Source: Candidatus Hydrogenedentota bacterium
Lineage (GTDB): Bacteria > Hydrogenedentota > Hydrogenedentia > Hydrogenedentales > SLHB01
Assembly: GCA_029974275.1 (NCBI GenBank)
Contig: JARKSN010000316.1
Span: 8,125-72,124, forward strand
Length of the DNA stretch: 64,000 bases
Direction: 5' to 3'
This document shows, one piece after another, positions 30,290-38,938 of this stretch. The notes under the pieces were generated by a model. It saw only the letters and a list, made by a program, of their open reading frames with translations. It searched no databases and was not told the origin of the DNA. The position numbers and the translations under genes were made by a program. Numbering within the stretch: position 1 is the first letter of the stretch; each line of letters starts with the position of its first letter.

Positions 30290-33200
30290 CTACGGAGAGG
30301 AGACGCGACGGGGACGCTTGCGATCCGAGACAGCCTTGAACAATCCTTCGGAACGCGTGCAGACCCATGTGCACGAAAATGCCGCATCTCCCAAAATGTC
30401 CGCCACGTCCCTCAATGGCTTCCGGCCAAGACGCCACGCATCGTTGCTGACCGCATACATGGAATCCCCCTTTCCTCGGAGAAGTCCGTCCGCTTCCACC
30501 CGAAGAATCCCGCCGTCCGGAGCGGGCGTCTGAAACGACCACGGTTGTTTGCCGAAGCAGAGATCGATGACGGCATGGCCGACTTCACATCGAAACGAGG
30601 TTGCCTCCATCGCCGAGGTTCTCGCCCAGATCGCGGGCCGGCCATCGACATCGTCAAAAACGCGTACTCGCTCCACGCCCCGGATCCTGTTTTTCTCGTC
30701 GCCGATCACGAGCCGCGCATCCCGCAACGCCTGTTTACCATCCTCGTGCCACGGCAACAGGAGGATGCCGCCCAAAGAACCCACGGCTACGTATTCCAAA
30801 GCAGGAAGCATGGCTGCCGAAGTCAACACATCAAACGCCATCGCGCGACAATTTCCGATGTCGATCAGCGCCGCATAATCCGCTGGGGATGCCGTGAACG
30901 GCGCGGACGCGAGATCGCTCCAGGCATACCGAGGCTCCGACGACCATGCCAAGGCCGGAGCTCGCAACACGACCGTATCTCCAACGCGAAAGGCGTTCCC
31001 CGTGGTTTGGGCATCGATCTCTTCCCAAGCCAGGGGGCCGTCTTTCCACGAACTCCGATGAAACCGCCACGAAACCGTTTCGCCGGTCCCCTCCCTCTGA
31101 GCAGTGAAAAAACTTCCGAGCTCCGCTTCCCGGATGCGGTCGATGCGCCGAGGGCAGGGTTTGATGTCGCGAAGAACGAGACGATTCTCCTCGATTGCAT
31201 TCAAACACAGGAAGGAAGAACCGCCATTTTCGGGGTTTTGACTGTGGGTCGCGAGAAGCCACAGTTTCTCCTTTCCCGGAAAGGATTCCAGCGCGCATCC
31301 TGCGTCGGCAGCATCGAACACGAAGCGACCATCCGCCAGCAGGCGATCGTCGGAGATATCCGGAATTCGAGAACGGAGCAGAGGGGCATTCTTCGAAAGC
31401 AGGTCGCGCGGAATCCAGCTTTGGGTTAGTTCGAGGCGGCGTTTTCCCAACATGCCGTCGTCCTGAAACGCAACCATCAGATGCGCCACGCTGCGCAACG
31501 ACGGAGACGCGTCGATGCGTTCCAATCGCCACGGCCCTTCCATGCAAGAGACATGATACTGAGGGAATTCGGCGTCGCCGCCCACAACCACTCCCGTGCG
31601 CTTCCCATTTGCGCGGGCGACATCGCACCGTGTTTGCCCGCGCAACACGGTCAGCGTCATGGGATATTGGCCTGCCTGAGCAAGATCAACCCGCGCCAGC
31701 CCTGCCTGCGTCACCAGGACTCCGGTCCTGTTGTCGTCGAGCAATCCGATGGCATGCGTTATGTCCCACGCAAACCGATCCTCATGCCACCAATCCGGGA
31801 TCGGAAGCGGTTGCGCGCCGGTTTCCTCTGCTTCCACGCACGGCGTGAGAGACATGTCCGTTTTCGAGATGGGACGCCACACGATGTTTCCGACCTGTCC
31901 CTCGACTTGCGGCGTTTCCAGTTTTTCGCTCTGCCACGAAGCATCCGCAGCGGCGGAAGTCTGAAATGTCCATAGCCGATGCTTTTCGCGCGCCGTCAGA
32001 CGCAGCGCCGCCCCCCCGATTAAGCTCGGAACGCAATCCGAAGGCATGTCCGAAGGCGGCGCGAAGCACGCCATGATCGTTGCAGGGGATCTCGGATCGC
32101 GTTTCACGACGCATCGGCCAGGAACGAACACGTACAAACCTTCATTGAAGGAAGCGAACGATGCCCCGCGATCGAAAAAGAACCTGCTGCCGTCAAACAC
32201 GGATTTTCCGTCGAAGGCGCGAAACGACACCTTGCCTTCGCGACATGCGATCCGCAATGCGGGGGTGCTTATCTCCGATTCCGGATCGTGGGAGAGGGGC
32301 GTTTCGGATTTGTCCACTCGTTGGAACGGTCTTGCTTGCAGTCTCCAGAATCCATCTTCCGTTTCCAACGTAATAGGCCCATCCGAAACGTCGCGGCGCA
32401 GCCATGTAACGAGGTCATCTCGGAATTTCCAATTTCCAGCCGTTGTCTGCCGCCAGGAACGCGTCCGGTTCGCTTCATCAAGACGGACGATCCGCAGTTC
32501 CGTTTCCATGCCGGGACGTCGGGTCAAGCGCCACTGCCAGCCGCCGTTCTCCACGACGCTGGTTTGCGCGAGGGCATCCGGACCGGTCAGCAGGGTCAGT
32601 TGGCCATCTTGCCACAAGGCAACGAACCGGCTATTCATTTCTATGGCAACGCGCGCTGGACCTTCCAGACGAACCAGCGATCCGTTGCGGAATCGCTCAT
32701 CAACAACCTGTAACCGGAACGAGTCGGCATCGCGAACCGTCAGCCCCAGATCGGTTATCAACACAAGAGAACCGTCCGAGAGGATTTCCATATCCTTCGT
32801 GCACAAGAACGAAAACGTATCCCCCGACGAAGCCCAGACGGGCCTTTCGGCGCGCGACGCATCGCTCCATGCAATATCGAGTCCATTTTCGGGACCCGCC
32901 CGGAAATCCAGTTGTTCTCCTGCGACATCGACTCTGGCCGCCGTCTTCGTCGAAAGCGTTTCCTCAAACCGCAACGTCCCTTCGGACGCTTCCTCCACGA
33001 GGCGCGTTGTCCGGTCCGCAAACGTAAGCTGGATTCTGTCGTAGGAAAACCATTGCGCCGACACCAGGTCCTTGCCAAGCACGCGTTCTCGCCGGGTTTC
33101 CTCCAGCTCCGTCGAGTTTTTCCCCGGCATCAAGACCGCCAACTCACCTCGTTGAACCGTATATACATTGCCCGATGGCCCCAGCGCGGCGCCGTCGTAG

Positions 33201-36200
33201 ACATCTTCCTCGAACCCTCCAGGCTTGGCGTGAAGGGAGCGCCATGCGCCATGCGCGTTTCGCCAGCAGTGCGTTACGCCCTCCTCGCGAGAGACCTTGA
33301 AAACCTCCGTCTCGAGCAAGAGCCCGTCGCCCGGACGGACCATCGAAACGCCCCCCTTTTCCAGCATTTCGGCCAGCATGGCCCCAGAGACAGGCAATCG
33401 CGAGACAACCGCCCCGGAATCCGCCTGCACCGAGACAATGCCGGTTTGAGATTCGCGCTCGATGACGCCATAGGTCTGGTCTTTGGCGCGAAACCATCCA
33501 TAAAACGTGTATCCGGGAATGGGGGAAAGGAGACGTCGCAACCTGCCCTCAGCCGGATCGTACTGGGCCACGCTTCCCTGAATGTCTATGAAATAAACCT
33601 TGCCGTTGGAGCATTGCGCATATACGGTTTCTCGCGGATCGAATCCTGCCTCATCGAGCGCGCCGCCGCGCGCGTATTCGACGCAGGGAGCTGCAATGTC
33701 GCGCCATTCCATCATCGACAAGCGCCCGTCGGCGACGAACGCCATTCGGACCACGCCCCGATCATCCACCCGAATGCCGCCCTGGCGCACGTTCTCGGGG
33801 ATGGATGTCACCAAGCGTTGATGAAGGTCTTTTCCGACGAAAAGGACATCCCGATCGTCTGCAATGACCATTCCCGAGGAACTCGAAGCGCAGTGCTGCG
33901 GCGTCTGCTTCAGTTCGAGCGGCATTTCGCGCCAAGTGCCGCATGCGTGATCATAAACGCCCAGCGATGGATCGGGACCTACGAACACGACGCTGGAATC
34001 GTCTCGTTGCCAAGCGAAGATGGCTTTTTCCACGAGACGCCGCATGCCGCGGGCAGACCCAAAGCTATCCGCCTTCCATTGTGCGGAGGTTTTCCCTGAA
34101 ATCGGCGTCCAACGGACCAGAGAACCCTCGGCGTTGAGCGCCCAAACCCGCTGACCAGGAGCCTTTGAACCGGCCAGTTGCACCGCTGCCTTGCGCCCTC
34201 CAGGAATCTCGCGCCATGCGTTGTCGTATTGGTGGAACAACCGCCCGTCTTGCAGCCGGGCGAACACGATACCGGCGGCAGAGCATAAATCTGTCACCGG
34301 CGAGGGGGAAGAGCCGGATACGATTCCAAGCTGCGCATATGTCGCCGTATCGTTGTGGTAGGCGATCACGTGGCCGCCAGGGCCCGATGCAAGCATCGCG
34401 TTTTCGCCTGACGGCGCGATGGCGGTCGCACGACTCGGTTCGAAAGGAAAACCGCCCTTCCCAAATACGCCAGTGGAAATTCGGTCCGACACAAGACGCA
34501 GACAGCCGTCCTTGTATAGATAGACAAGGTCTTCGCCGGTCAAGCGAATCTGTTTCACCGTTTCCGGGCTGTCAGGGGAAGCGATCCAGCCGCGATCTTC
34601 GCCCATGTCGCCCGTATTCGAGGCATATTGGATGCACCGATCGCCCTTAAGAAAGGCCACCCGCCACCACTCCGACTTGCTTTCTCCGTCGCCCCGCACG
34701 TAAAGGCACGCATCCCCCAGAAACGAGGAAGAGGAGGCGGCGTCGGCGCCTAGGGTCGGCGCATGCCCTGTGCAAAAACGCCTAGGAAACCCGGTTTTTG
34801 GATAATCGTATCGGTAAATCTCGCCATTTTCCCCTAACCCCAAGAACACGCCATGGCACGAGACGACATGTTTGGCAGGACACTGGTTAAACGGGTCCAA
34901 CGCTCGCCAGTGGCTTTGCCGTTTTGGGTCGTATGCATAGCAATACGCCGCGCCGTTGCTATCCACCGCCAAGACCCCGTCGGGAAGGGCTTCCAATGCC
35001 CTGAATCCGCTTGCCCGCCGCCGCTCGTCAATCGTTCTATTTCCCTCCTGTCCGTGCCACAACGCCATGGATGCATCCTGATACCCGTGCGTATGGGCGT
35101 CATACAAAAACGTCCCGCGGTTCGTCGCGAAAAGCATCCCTTCGTCGACGGTTTTGATGCTCCGGACCTCCAGCGCGCCGACAGCGCCCTCGGGCTTCCA
35201 GCCGTTTCCGGACCTGATCGTCTCGTGTTGGCCTTGCGCCATGGGAGCCCTGGCCAGCCGAACCTCAAGCGCGGATCCGCCGGATGTGGCCTGATAGAGA
35301 CATAGCCCGCCGTCGGGGCTTACCGCCGCCGGCCCTGTGGCGTTCGCGTCGAGAACGACTACGTTTTTCGATAGGTCCTGATTTTCGGAAGCGTTTACAA
35401 GCAGCAATCCGGCATCCGTAGCCACCAGCGCTGCGCTCCCGTGCGACCCAGGAACCGTATCGATGGACGATATATTCGGACATGTCGCCACTCCGATGAG
35501 CCGGCGTTCTGTCGCATCGTAACGGAACAACGCGTTGGCCGTAGCCATCCACGTGGCGCTTTCATCTTGAGCCACCCGCGTGATGCTTGTCACGGCGTCG
35601 AGCTTCGGCGCTGTTTCGGGCTGATGCGTGAAATAGGGCCCCGCCCATCCCGCATCGGGATCGAAGAGCCAAGTGGAACCGTGCGAGTCTTGCGCCCATG
35701 CACTGTGTCCTTCATACGGGGCGTCGAGCTGGACAGCGGCCTGGGTATGCAGTTCGCCGCGATCCAGAAAATTCAGCGTTTGGCGATCTGCGCAACGGAC
35801 GCCTCCTTCCCGAAGCGTAAGCCAGACGCGATCGCGCGTCAGGCCGACATCCGCCATGTCAACCGCCGAGGCCTGGCCTGTTTGCCAGGAACGGTCTCGT
35901 TGCAATGTCCCATCCGAAAGAGGACTAAAGGTGTAGCGCGCCACGCCCGCGCCTCGAAGCGCCACTAGCCATCCCGACGCATCGAACGCATTGCCTTGCA
36001 CCTCCGCCTCCACGCTGCCGACAGAGGCGTGATGGCGCCAGTAGGGATTTTCAGGCGCCCCCAGCCACGAATTCATCGCTATCCCGCTTTTTCCATGCGT
36101 CGCATGGGACCGCTCGATAGCCTGTCCCGACGTCAAGACGAGAAACTCATCCGGTCCTTTGCCATTTGTGACGTCGAGCGTTGGATTTGGGATATGACGC

Positions 36201-37015
36201 TGCCGGACAAGACGGCTTTGCTTGTGGAGGATTGTCAGACCGTCCGATGTTCCCAGCGCCAGCCAATTTCCGTTTGACGCCATGGACGTGAATACCGTGC
36301 GCGTGTAATCCCAGAAGGGGCGTACGTCGCGCACATGGTCAAGGGTGTTCCAGGGAAACATCCACGGCAGCCTGGGGTTCACGGCAAACACCGACATCGC
36401 CGCACCCGAAAACAGGCATGCAGTCAGGAGCCCCCCCAGCGCCCAGACCGATATCGCTCGACGAGCGTAATCGTAGGGAAAGCTCGATATCTTGTAAGCG
36501 TTTGGTCGCAGTGAGGTTTCGGATGCTCCATGCTGCCGCGCGAAGTCTTCCGCCAAAGCATCGACGAAGCGAATCCGCCCCAGAATTCCTTCCTGCCACT
36601 CGCGCGGAACTCGCCGCCGCCACGCGCCCAGCAAACGGCGCAGTGTATTCAGGGCCAGCGCTTGCATCACATCGTTCGTCTCATGCGACGGAAGTGTCGG
36701 CGGAATGGAGAAATCCGCATCCTCGGCGAGGTCTTCCAAAAAACATCTCCAGACATCCCAGCGGACCTCAGTCGAGAAATCCTCTGTAAGCGCCAGCCAC
36801 ATGGTCGCGCACGAACTTCCCAGCCGCGCCGCCAGTTCCGTCGGTTGCAGGGCGCGCACCAGATGAAACTGGTTGTGTATCGCGCGAACCGCCATTGTTT
36901 CAGGCTGGTTCTCGTGGTGCAGTAAAAGGTGCAGAAAACGTGCGTACGACTCACCGTTTCTGATGGATTCAGGGCCCACCGGGTAAAGAACTCCGCGGCG
37001 AGTTTGACGACGCAA
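30290..37015 (-). CDS. Giant membrane-anchored multi-beta-propeller protein (~2,200 aa); probably the distal part of a frameshifted CHAT fusion
   Basis: 6.7-kb ORF; one TM (ISVWALGGLLTACLFSGAAMSVFAV, ~36380-36460); recurrent blade motifs WLALGTSDGL, LVATDAGLL, FATNRGTFLY, LITDLGL, LVTQAGL, VGSLGGI, WVCTRSEGLF; weak start overlapping the CHAT ORF by 349 nt. Confidence 0.75.
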   Translation of the reverse strand: MRRQTRRGVLYPVGPESIRNGESYARFLHLLLHHENQPETMAVRAIHNQFHLVRALQPTELAARLGSSCATMWLALTEDFSTEVRWDVWRCFLEDLAEDADFSIPPTLPSHETNDVMQALALNTLRRLLGAWRRRVPREWQEGILGRIRFVDALAEDFARQHGASETSLRPNAYKISSFPYDYARRAISVWALGGLLTACLFSGAAMSVFAVNPRLPWMFPWNTLDHVRDVRPFWDYTRTVFTSMASNGNWLALGTSDGLTILHKQSRLVRQRHIPNPTLDVTNGKGPDEFLVLTSGQAIERSHATHGKSGIAMNSWLGAPENPYWRHHASVGSVEAEVQGNAFDASGWLVALRGAGVARYTFSPLSDGTLQRDRSWQTGQASAVDMADVGLTRDRVWLTLREGGVRCADRQTLNFLDRGELHTQAAVQLDAPYEGHSAWAQDSHGSTWLFDPDAGWAGPYFTHQPETAPKLDAVTSITRVAQDESATWMATANALFRYDATERRLIGVATCPNISSIDTVPGSHGSAALVATDAGLLLVNASENQDLSKNVVVLDANATGPAAVSPDGGLCLYQATSGGSALEVRLARAPMAQGQHETIRSGNGWKPEGAVGALEVRSIKTVDEGMLFATNRGTFLYDAHTHGYQDASMALWHGQEGNRTIDERRRASGFRALEALPDGVLAVDSNGAAYCYAYDPKRQSHWRALDPFNQCPAKHVVSCHGVFLGLGENGEIYRYDYPKTGFPRRFCTGHAPTLGADAASSSSFLGDACLYVRGDGESKSEWWRVAFLKGDRCIQYASNTGDMGEDRGWIASPDSPETVKQIRLTGEDLVYLYKDGCLRLVSDRISTGVFGKGGFPFEPSRATAIAPSGENAMLASGPGGHVIAYHNDTATYAQLGIVSGSSPSPVTDLCSAAGIVFARLQDGRLFHQYDNAWREIPGGRKAAVQLAGSKAPGQRVWALNAEGSLVRWTPISGKTSAQWKADSFGSARGMRRLVEKAIFAWQRDDSSVVFVGPDPSLGVYDHACGTWREMPLELKQTPQHCASSSSGMVIADDRDVLFVGKDLHQRLVTSIPENVRQGGIRVDDRGVVRMAFVADGRLSMMEWRDIAAPCVEYARGGALDEAGFDPRETVYAQCSNGKVYFIDIQGSVAQYDPAEGRLRRLLSPIPGYTFYGWFRAKDQTYGVIERESQTGIVSVQADSGAVVSRLPVSGAMLAEMLEKGGVSMVRPGDGLLLETEVFKVSREEGVTHCWRNAHGAWRSLHAKPGGFEEDVYDGAALGPSGNVYTVQRGELAVLMPGKNSTELEETRRERVLGKDLVSAQWFSYDRIQLTFADRTTRLVEEASEGTLRFEETLSTKTAARVDVAGEQLDFRAGPENGLDIAWSDASRAERPVWASSGDTFSFLCTKDMEILSDGSLVLITDLGLTVRDADSFRLQVVDERFRNGSLVRLEGPARVAIEMNSRFVALWQDGQLTLLTGPDALAQTSVVENGGWQWRLTRRPGMETELRIVRLDEANRTRSWRQTTAGNWKFRDDLVTWLRRDVSDGPITLETEDGFWRLQARPFQRVDKSETPLSHDPESEISTPALRIACREGKVSFRAFDGKSVFDGSRFFFDRGASFASFNEGLYVFVPGRCVVKRDPRSPATIMACFAPPSDMPSDCVPSLIGGAALRLTAREKHRLWTFQTSAAADASWQSEKLETPQVEGQVGNIVWRPISKTDMSLTPCVEAEETGAQPLPIPDWWHEDRFAWDITHAIGLLDDNRTGVLVTQAGLARVDLAQAGQYPMTLTVLRGQTRCDVARANGKRTGVVVGGDAEFPQYHVSCMEGPWRLERIDASPSLRSVAHLMVAFQDDGMLGKRRLELTQSWIPRDLLSKNAPLLRSRIPDISDDRLLADGRFVFDAADAGCALESFPGKEKLWLLATHSQNPENGGSSFLCLNAIEENRLVLRDIKPCPRRIDRIREAELGSFFTAQREGTGETVSWRFHRSSWKDGPLAWEEIDAQTTGNAFRVGDTVVLRAPALAWSSEPRYAWSDLASAPFTASPADYAALIDIGNCRAMAFDVLTSAAMLPALEYVAVGSLGGILLLPWHEDGKQALRDARLVIGDEKNRIRGVERVRVFDDVDGRPAIWARTSAMEATSFRCEVGHAVIDLCFGKQPWSFQTPAPDGGILRVEADGLLRGKGDSMYAVSNDAWRLGRKPLRDVADILGDAAFSCTWVCTRSEGLFKAVSDRKRPRRVSSP

Positions 37016-38010
37016 TGGATAGCGAGCGGCGGATCCTGGGAATCAAGCGCCGGCGTCTGGGCCTGATGCATCCCCAGCCGGATGTCGATGCTGGCGCCGA
37101 CGAAAAAACGAACCCCGGCGTCGAGGAAGGCATGCGGATATGAGAGCCCCTGCTCTTCGCGGCCTGATGGGTCACGTCCCGCGCTGTAGCAACAGCACGC
37201 GTACACCAGTTCCGGGACGATGCGTCTTTGGTTGGGTGCGGTGGATGATGTCTGGTCTGCGCGCAGAAAACGCCGGAGATCGGAAATCGACAGCACGTGT
37301 CCCGGGTGCAACAGCCAACCTCTTCCCTTGTCCGACGGGTCGGACAAATGACCCAAGAAAAAAACGGCGCGATGCTTGCGAAATATCTCGATCAAGAGGT
37401 CGAAGCGCCCCGCATCGTCGCCTTTGAGCCGTTGAAATTCCTCGCCGCTGAAGGTGTCCACAATCAAGTAAGGTTGCAACTGCCTCTGGAGCGATTTGGC
37501 CTGAGACTCGAACAATTCGTTTCCGTCCCCTGTCGCGTAGAGAATGGCAAGAGTTCTTTCGGGCGGCCGGTCGACAGGCGGACACGCCAAGTGGTCTATG
37601 ATCCGGTAGACAGGGCCTAGGGTGTCGAGCCATTTCTCGCCTGCGGGGAGCAGTTCTGGCAGCAGCTCACAGGATTGATAGGTGAGGATCAGCGTCAATG
37701 GAAGAGGCGGCGTGGAGGACTGCATGGCTTGGGTCACCAGATCGAAGCCCTTTTCCCATCCGATAAAACTAAGCAAATCGGCGCCTGCCGCCACAGGATA
37801 CGGTCGTAGCGGATCGTCGAGAGCCTCCTTCATGGATGCGTGCATTCGCCCGATCGCGCCGTGCAGGAGAGAATCCCAACGCTTTCCGGGATCAACGATG
37901 GGGTGCGATAGGGGAGCCGATGTCTTGTCCGCCGCTGAAAAGATAACCAGAAGGGGGGATTGCCCTTCTTCGGGATAATGAAGCGAGAATGTTGCGGATG
38001 CCTCGTTCAT
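36667..38010 (-). CDS. CHAT-domain (caspase/HetF-like) cysteine protease
   Basis: ELLPELL (LPWE-like), VFFLGH (catalytic His), ELVYACCCYSAG (catalytic Cys), AFLDAGVRFFVG, LAAEFF; ATGA overlap with the upstream gene. Confidence 0.78.
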   Translation of the reverse strand: MNEASATFSLHYPEEGQSPLLVIFSAADKTSAPLSHPIVDPGKRWDSLLHGAIGRMHASMKEALDDPLRPYPVAAGADLLSFIGWEKGFDLVTQAMQSSTPPLPLTLILTYQSCELLPELLPAGEKWLDTLGPVYRIIDHLACPPVDRPPERTLAILYATGDGNELFESQAKSLQRQLQPYLIVDTFSGEEFQRLKGDDAGRFDLLIEIFRKHRAVFFLGHLSDPSDKGRGWLLHPGHVLSISDLRRFLRADQTSSTAPNQRRIVPELVYACCCYSAGRDPSGREEQGLSYPHAFLDAGVRFFVGASIDIRLGMHQAQTPALDSQDPPLAIHCVVKLAAEFFTRWALNPSETVSRTHVFCTFYCTTRTSLKQWRFARYTTSFIWCAPCNRRNWRRGWEVRARPCGWRLQRISRLRSAGMSGDVFWKTSPRMRISPFRRHFRRMRRTM

Positions 38011-38930
38011 GCGGGGGTGTTCTCGCCAGCGTCCGGCGCTGTGCCCGCCACTACGGGCAATTCGATCGTCACCTCGCGCAACTCGCCCGAACGGGTCGCA
38101 CCGGATAGAAATAGACGCAACGGTTCGGTCGTCGGCGGTGCAATCCGGAAATCGATCCCTCCTTCCCTGCGCAGGTCTCGAGCGCCCGTGGCAGGACGCT
38201 CGGAAGTTCCCAGCGCCACCGAGAGGGGAAACGAGGTTTCCCCGACGAGGTCACAATGGCATACCCAATAGACGGCCTCTCCGTCCTTGAGATATTCCTC
38301 CCGCAGAGTGATCCGGATCGTCACGCCAAAATCCTGGACGGGTGCATCCAGAAGAATTCGGTCCGGATACTCCGTCAAAGCAGGCACAGGTTGAATCCCC
38401 GTGCAGGTCCAGATGCCTACGCGCAGTCCTGGCTCAAACGCGGTTTCCAGCATTCGGATCCCGGCATGCGCGGCCTCCGATACGTGTTCCGCAAGCCGCC
38501 ACTTCTTGCCACGCAACACCAGCATTTGAGACGGGAAGGCGCCGACGCACGAGTGGGCGAAGTCCAGCCATTCGCGGCGTTGCTGGTTCATGTCGAGCAG
38601 GAGTGCCTTGGTCGCTTCTGGGAAAGGCTCGATGCCTTGGGTATGCGTTGCAACCGGTTGCTCGGTTTCCTCCTTCCAAAATTCAAGCGCGGCAAGGATG
38701 CTGTCAAGACCGGCTTGCGCGACATGGGGATCTGTTTCAAGATTCTTGATCACGGTAAGAAAACGGTCGAATTCATCGGCGGCCCGTTTCCGGAAAAAAG
38801 ACACGGCCTCCCGAATATCCGCTTCGGGCACGTTTTCTCCCGCAAGATAGTCAAGAATCATGTTTCGAGCCCTCTGTGCCGCGTCAATATCAGCTTGAGC
38901 GGGCACGATAGGCCGACTATTGGAATCCAT
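38007..38930 (-). CDS. Hypothetical protein, putative anti-sigma factor / CHAT substrate
   Basis: AGGAG RBS; helical N-terminus MILDYLAGENVPEADIREAVSFF resembling a Cys-less anti-sigma domain; beta-rich C-terminal domain; lies between sigma-like and CHAT genes. Confidence 0.55.
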   Translation of the reverse strand: MDSNSRPIVPAQADIDAAQRARNMILDYLAGENVPEADIREAVSFFRKRAADEFDRFLTVIKNLETDPHVAQAGLDSILAALEFWKEETEQPVATHTQGIEPFPEATKALLLDMNQQRREWLDFAHSCVGAFPSQMLVLRGKKWRLAEHVSEAAHAGIRMLETAFEPGLRVGIWTCTGIQPVPALTEYPDRILLDAPVQDFGVTIRITLREEYLKDGEAVYWVCHCDLVGETSFPLSVALGTSERPATGARDLRREGGIDFRIAPPTTEPLRLFLSGATRSGELREVTIELPVVAGTAPDAGENTPA

Positions 38931-38938
38931 GTTGTCTC

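Noticed and set aside
33639..33664. Match to the tRNA-Arg 3' end (TCGAATCCTGC...CGAGCGCGCC) as a possible att site
   Set aside because: Interrupted by 5 nt, inside an intact ORF, no integrase, and the DNA just after the tRNA is core genes (pal, cpoB); a similar short match at ~6607 suggests chance.
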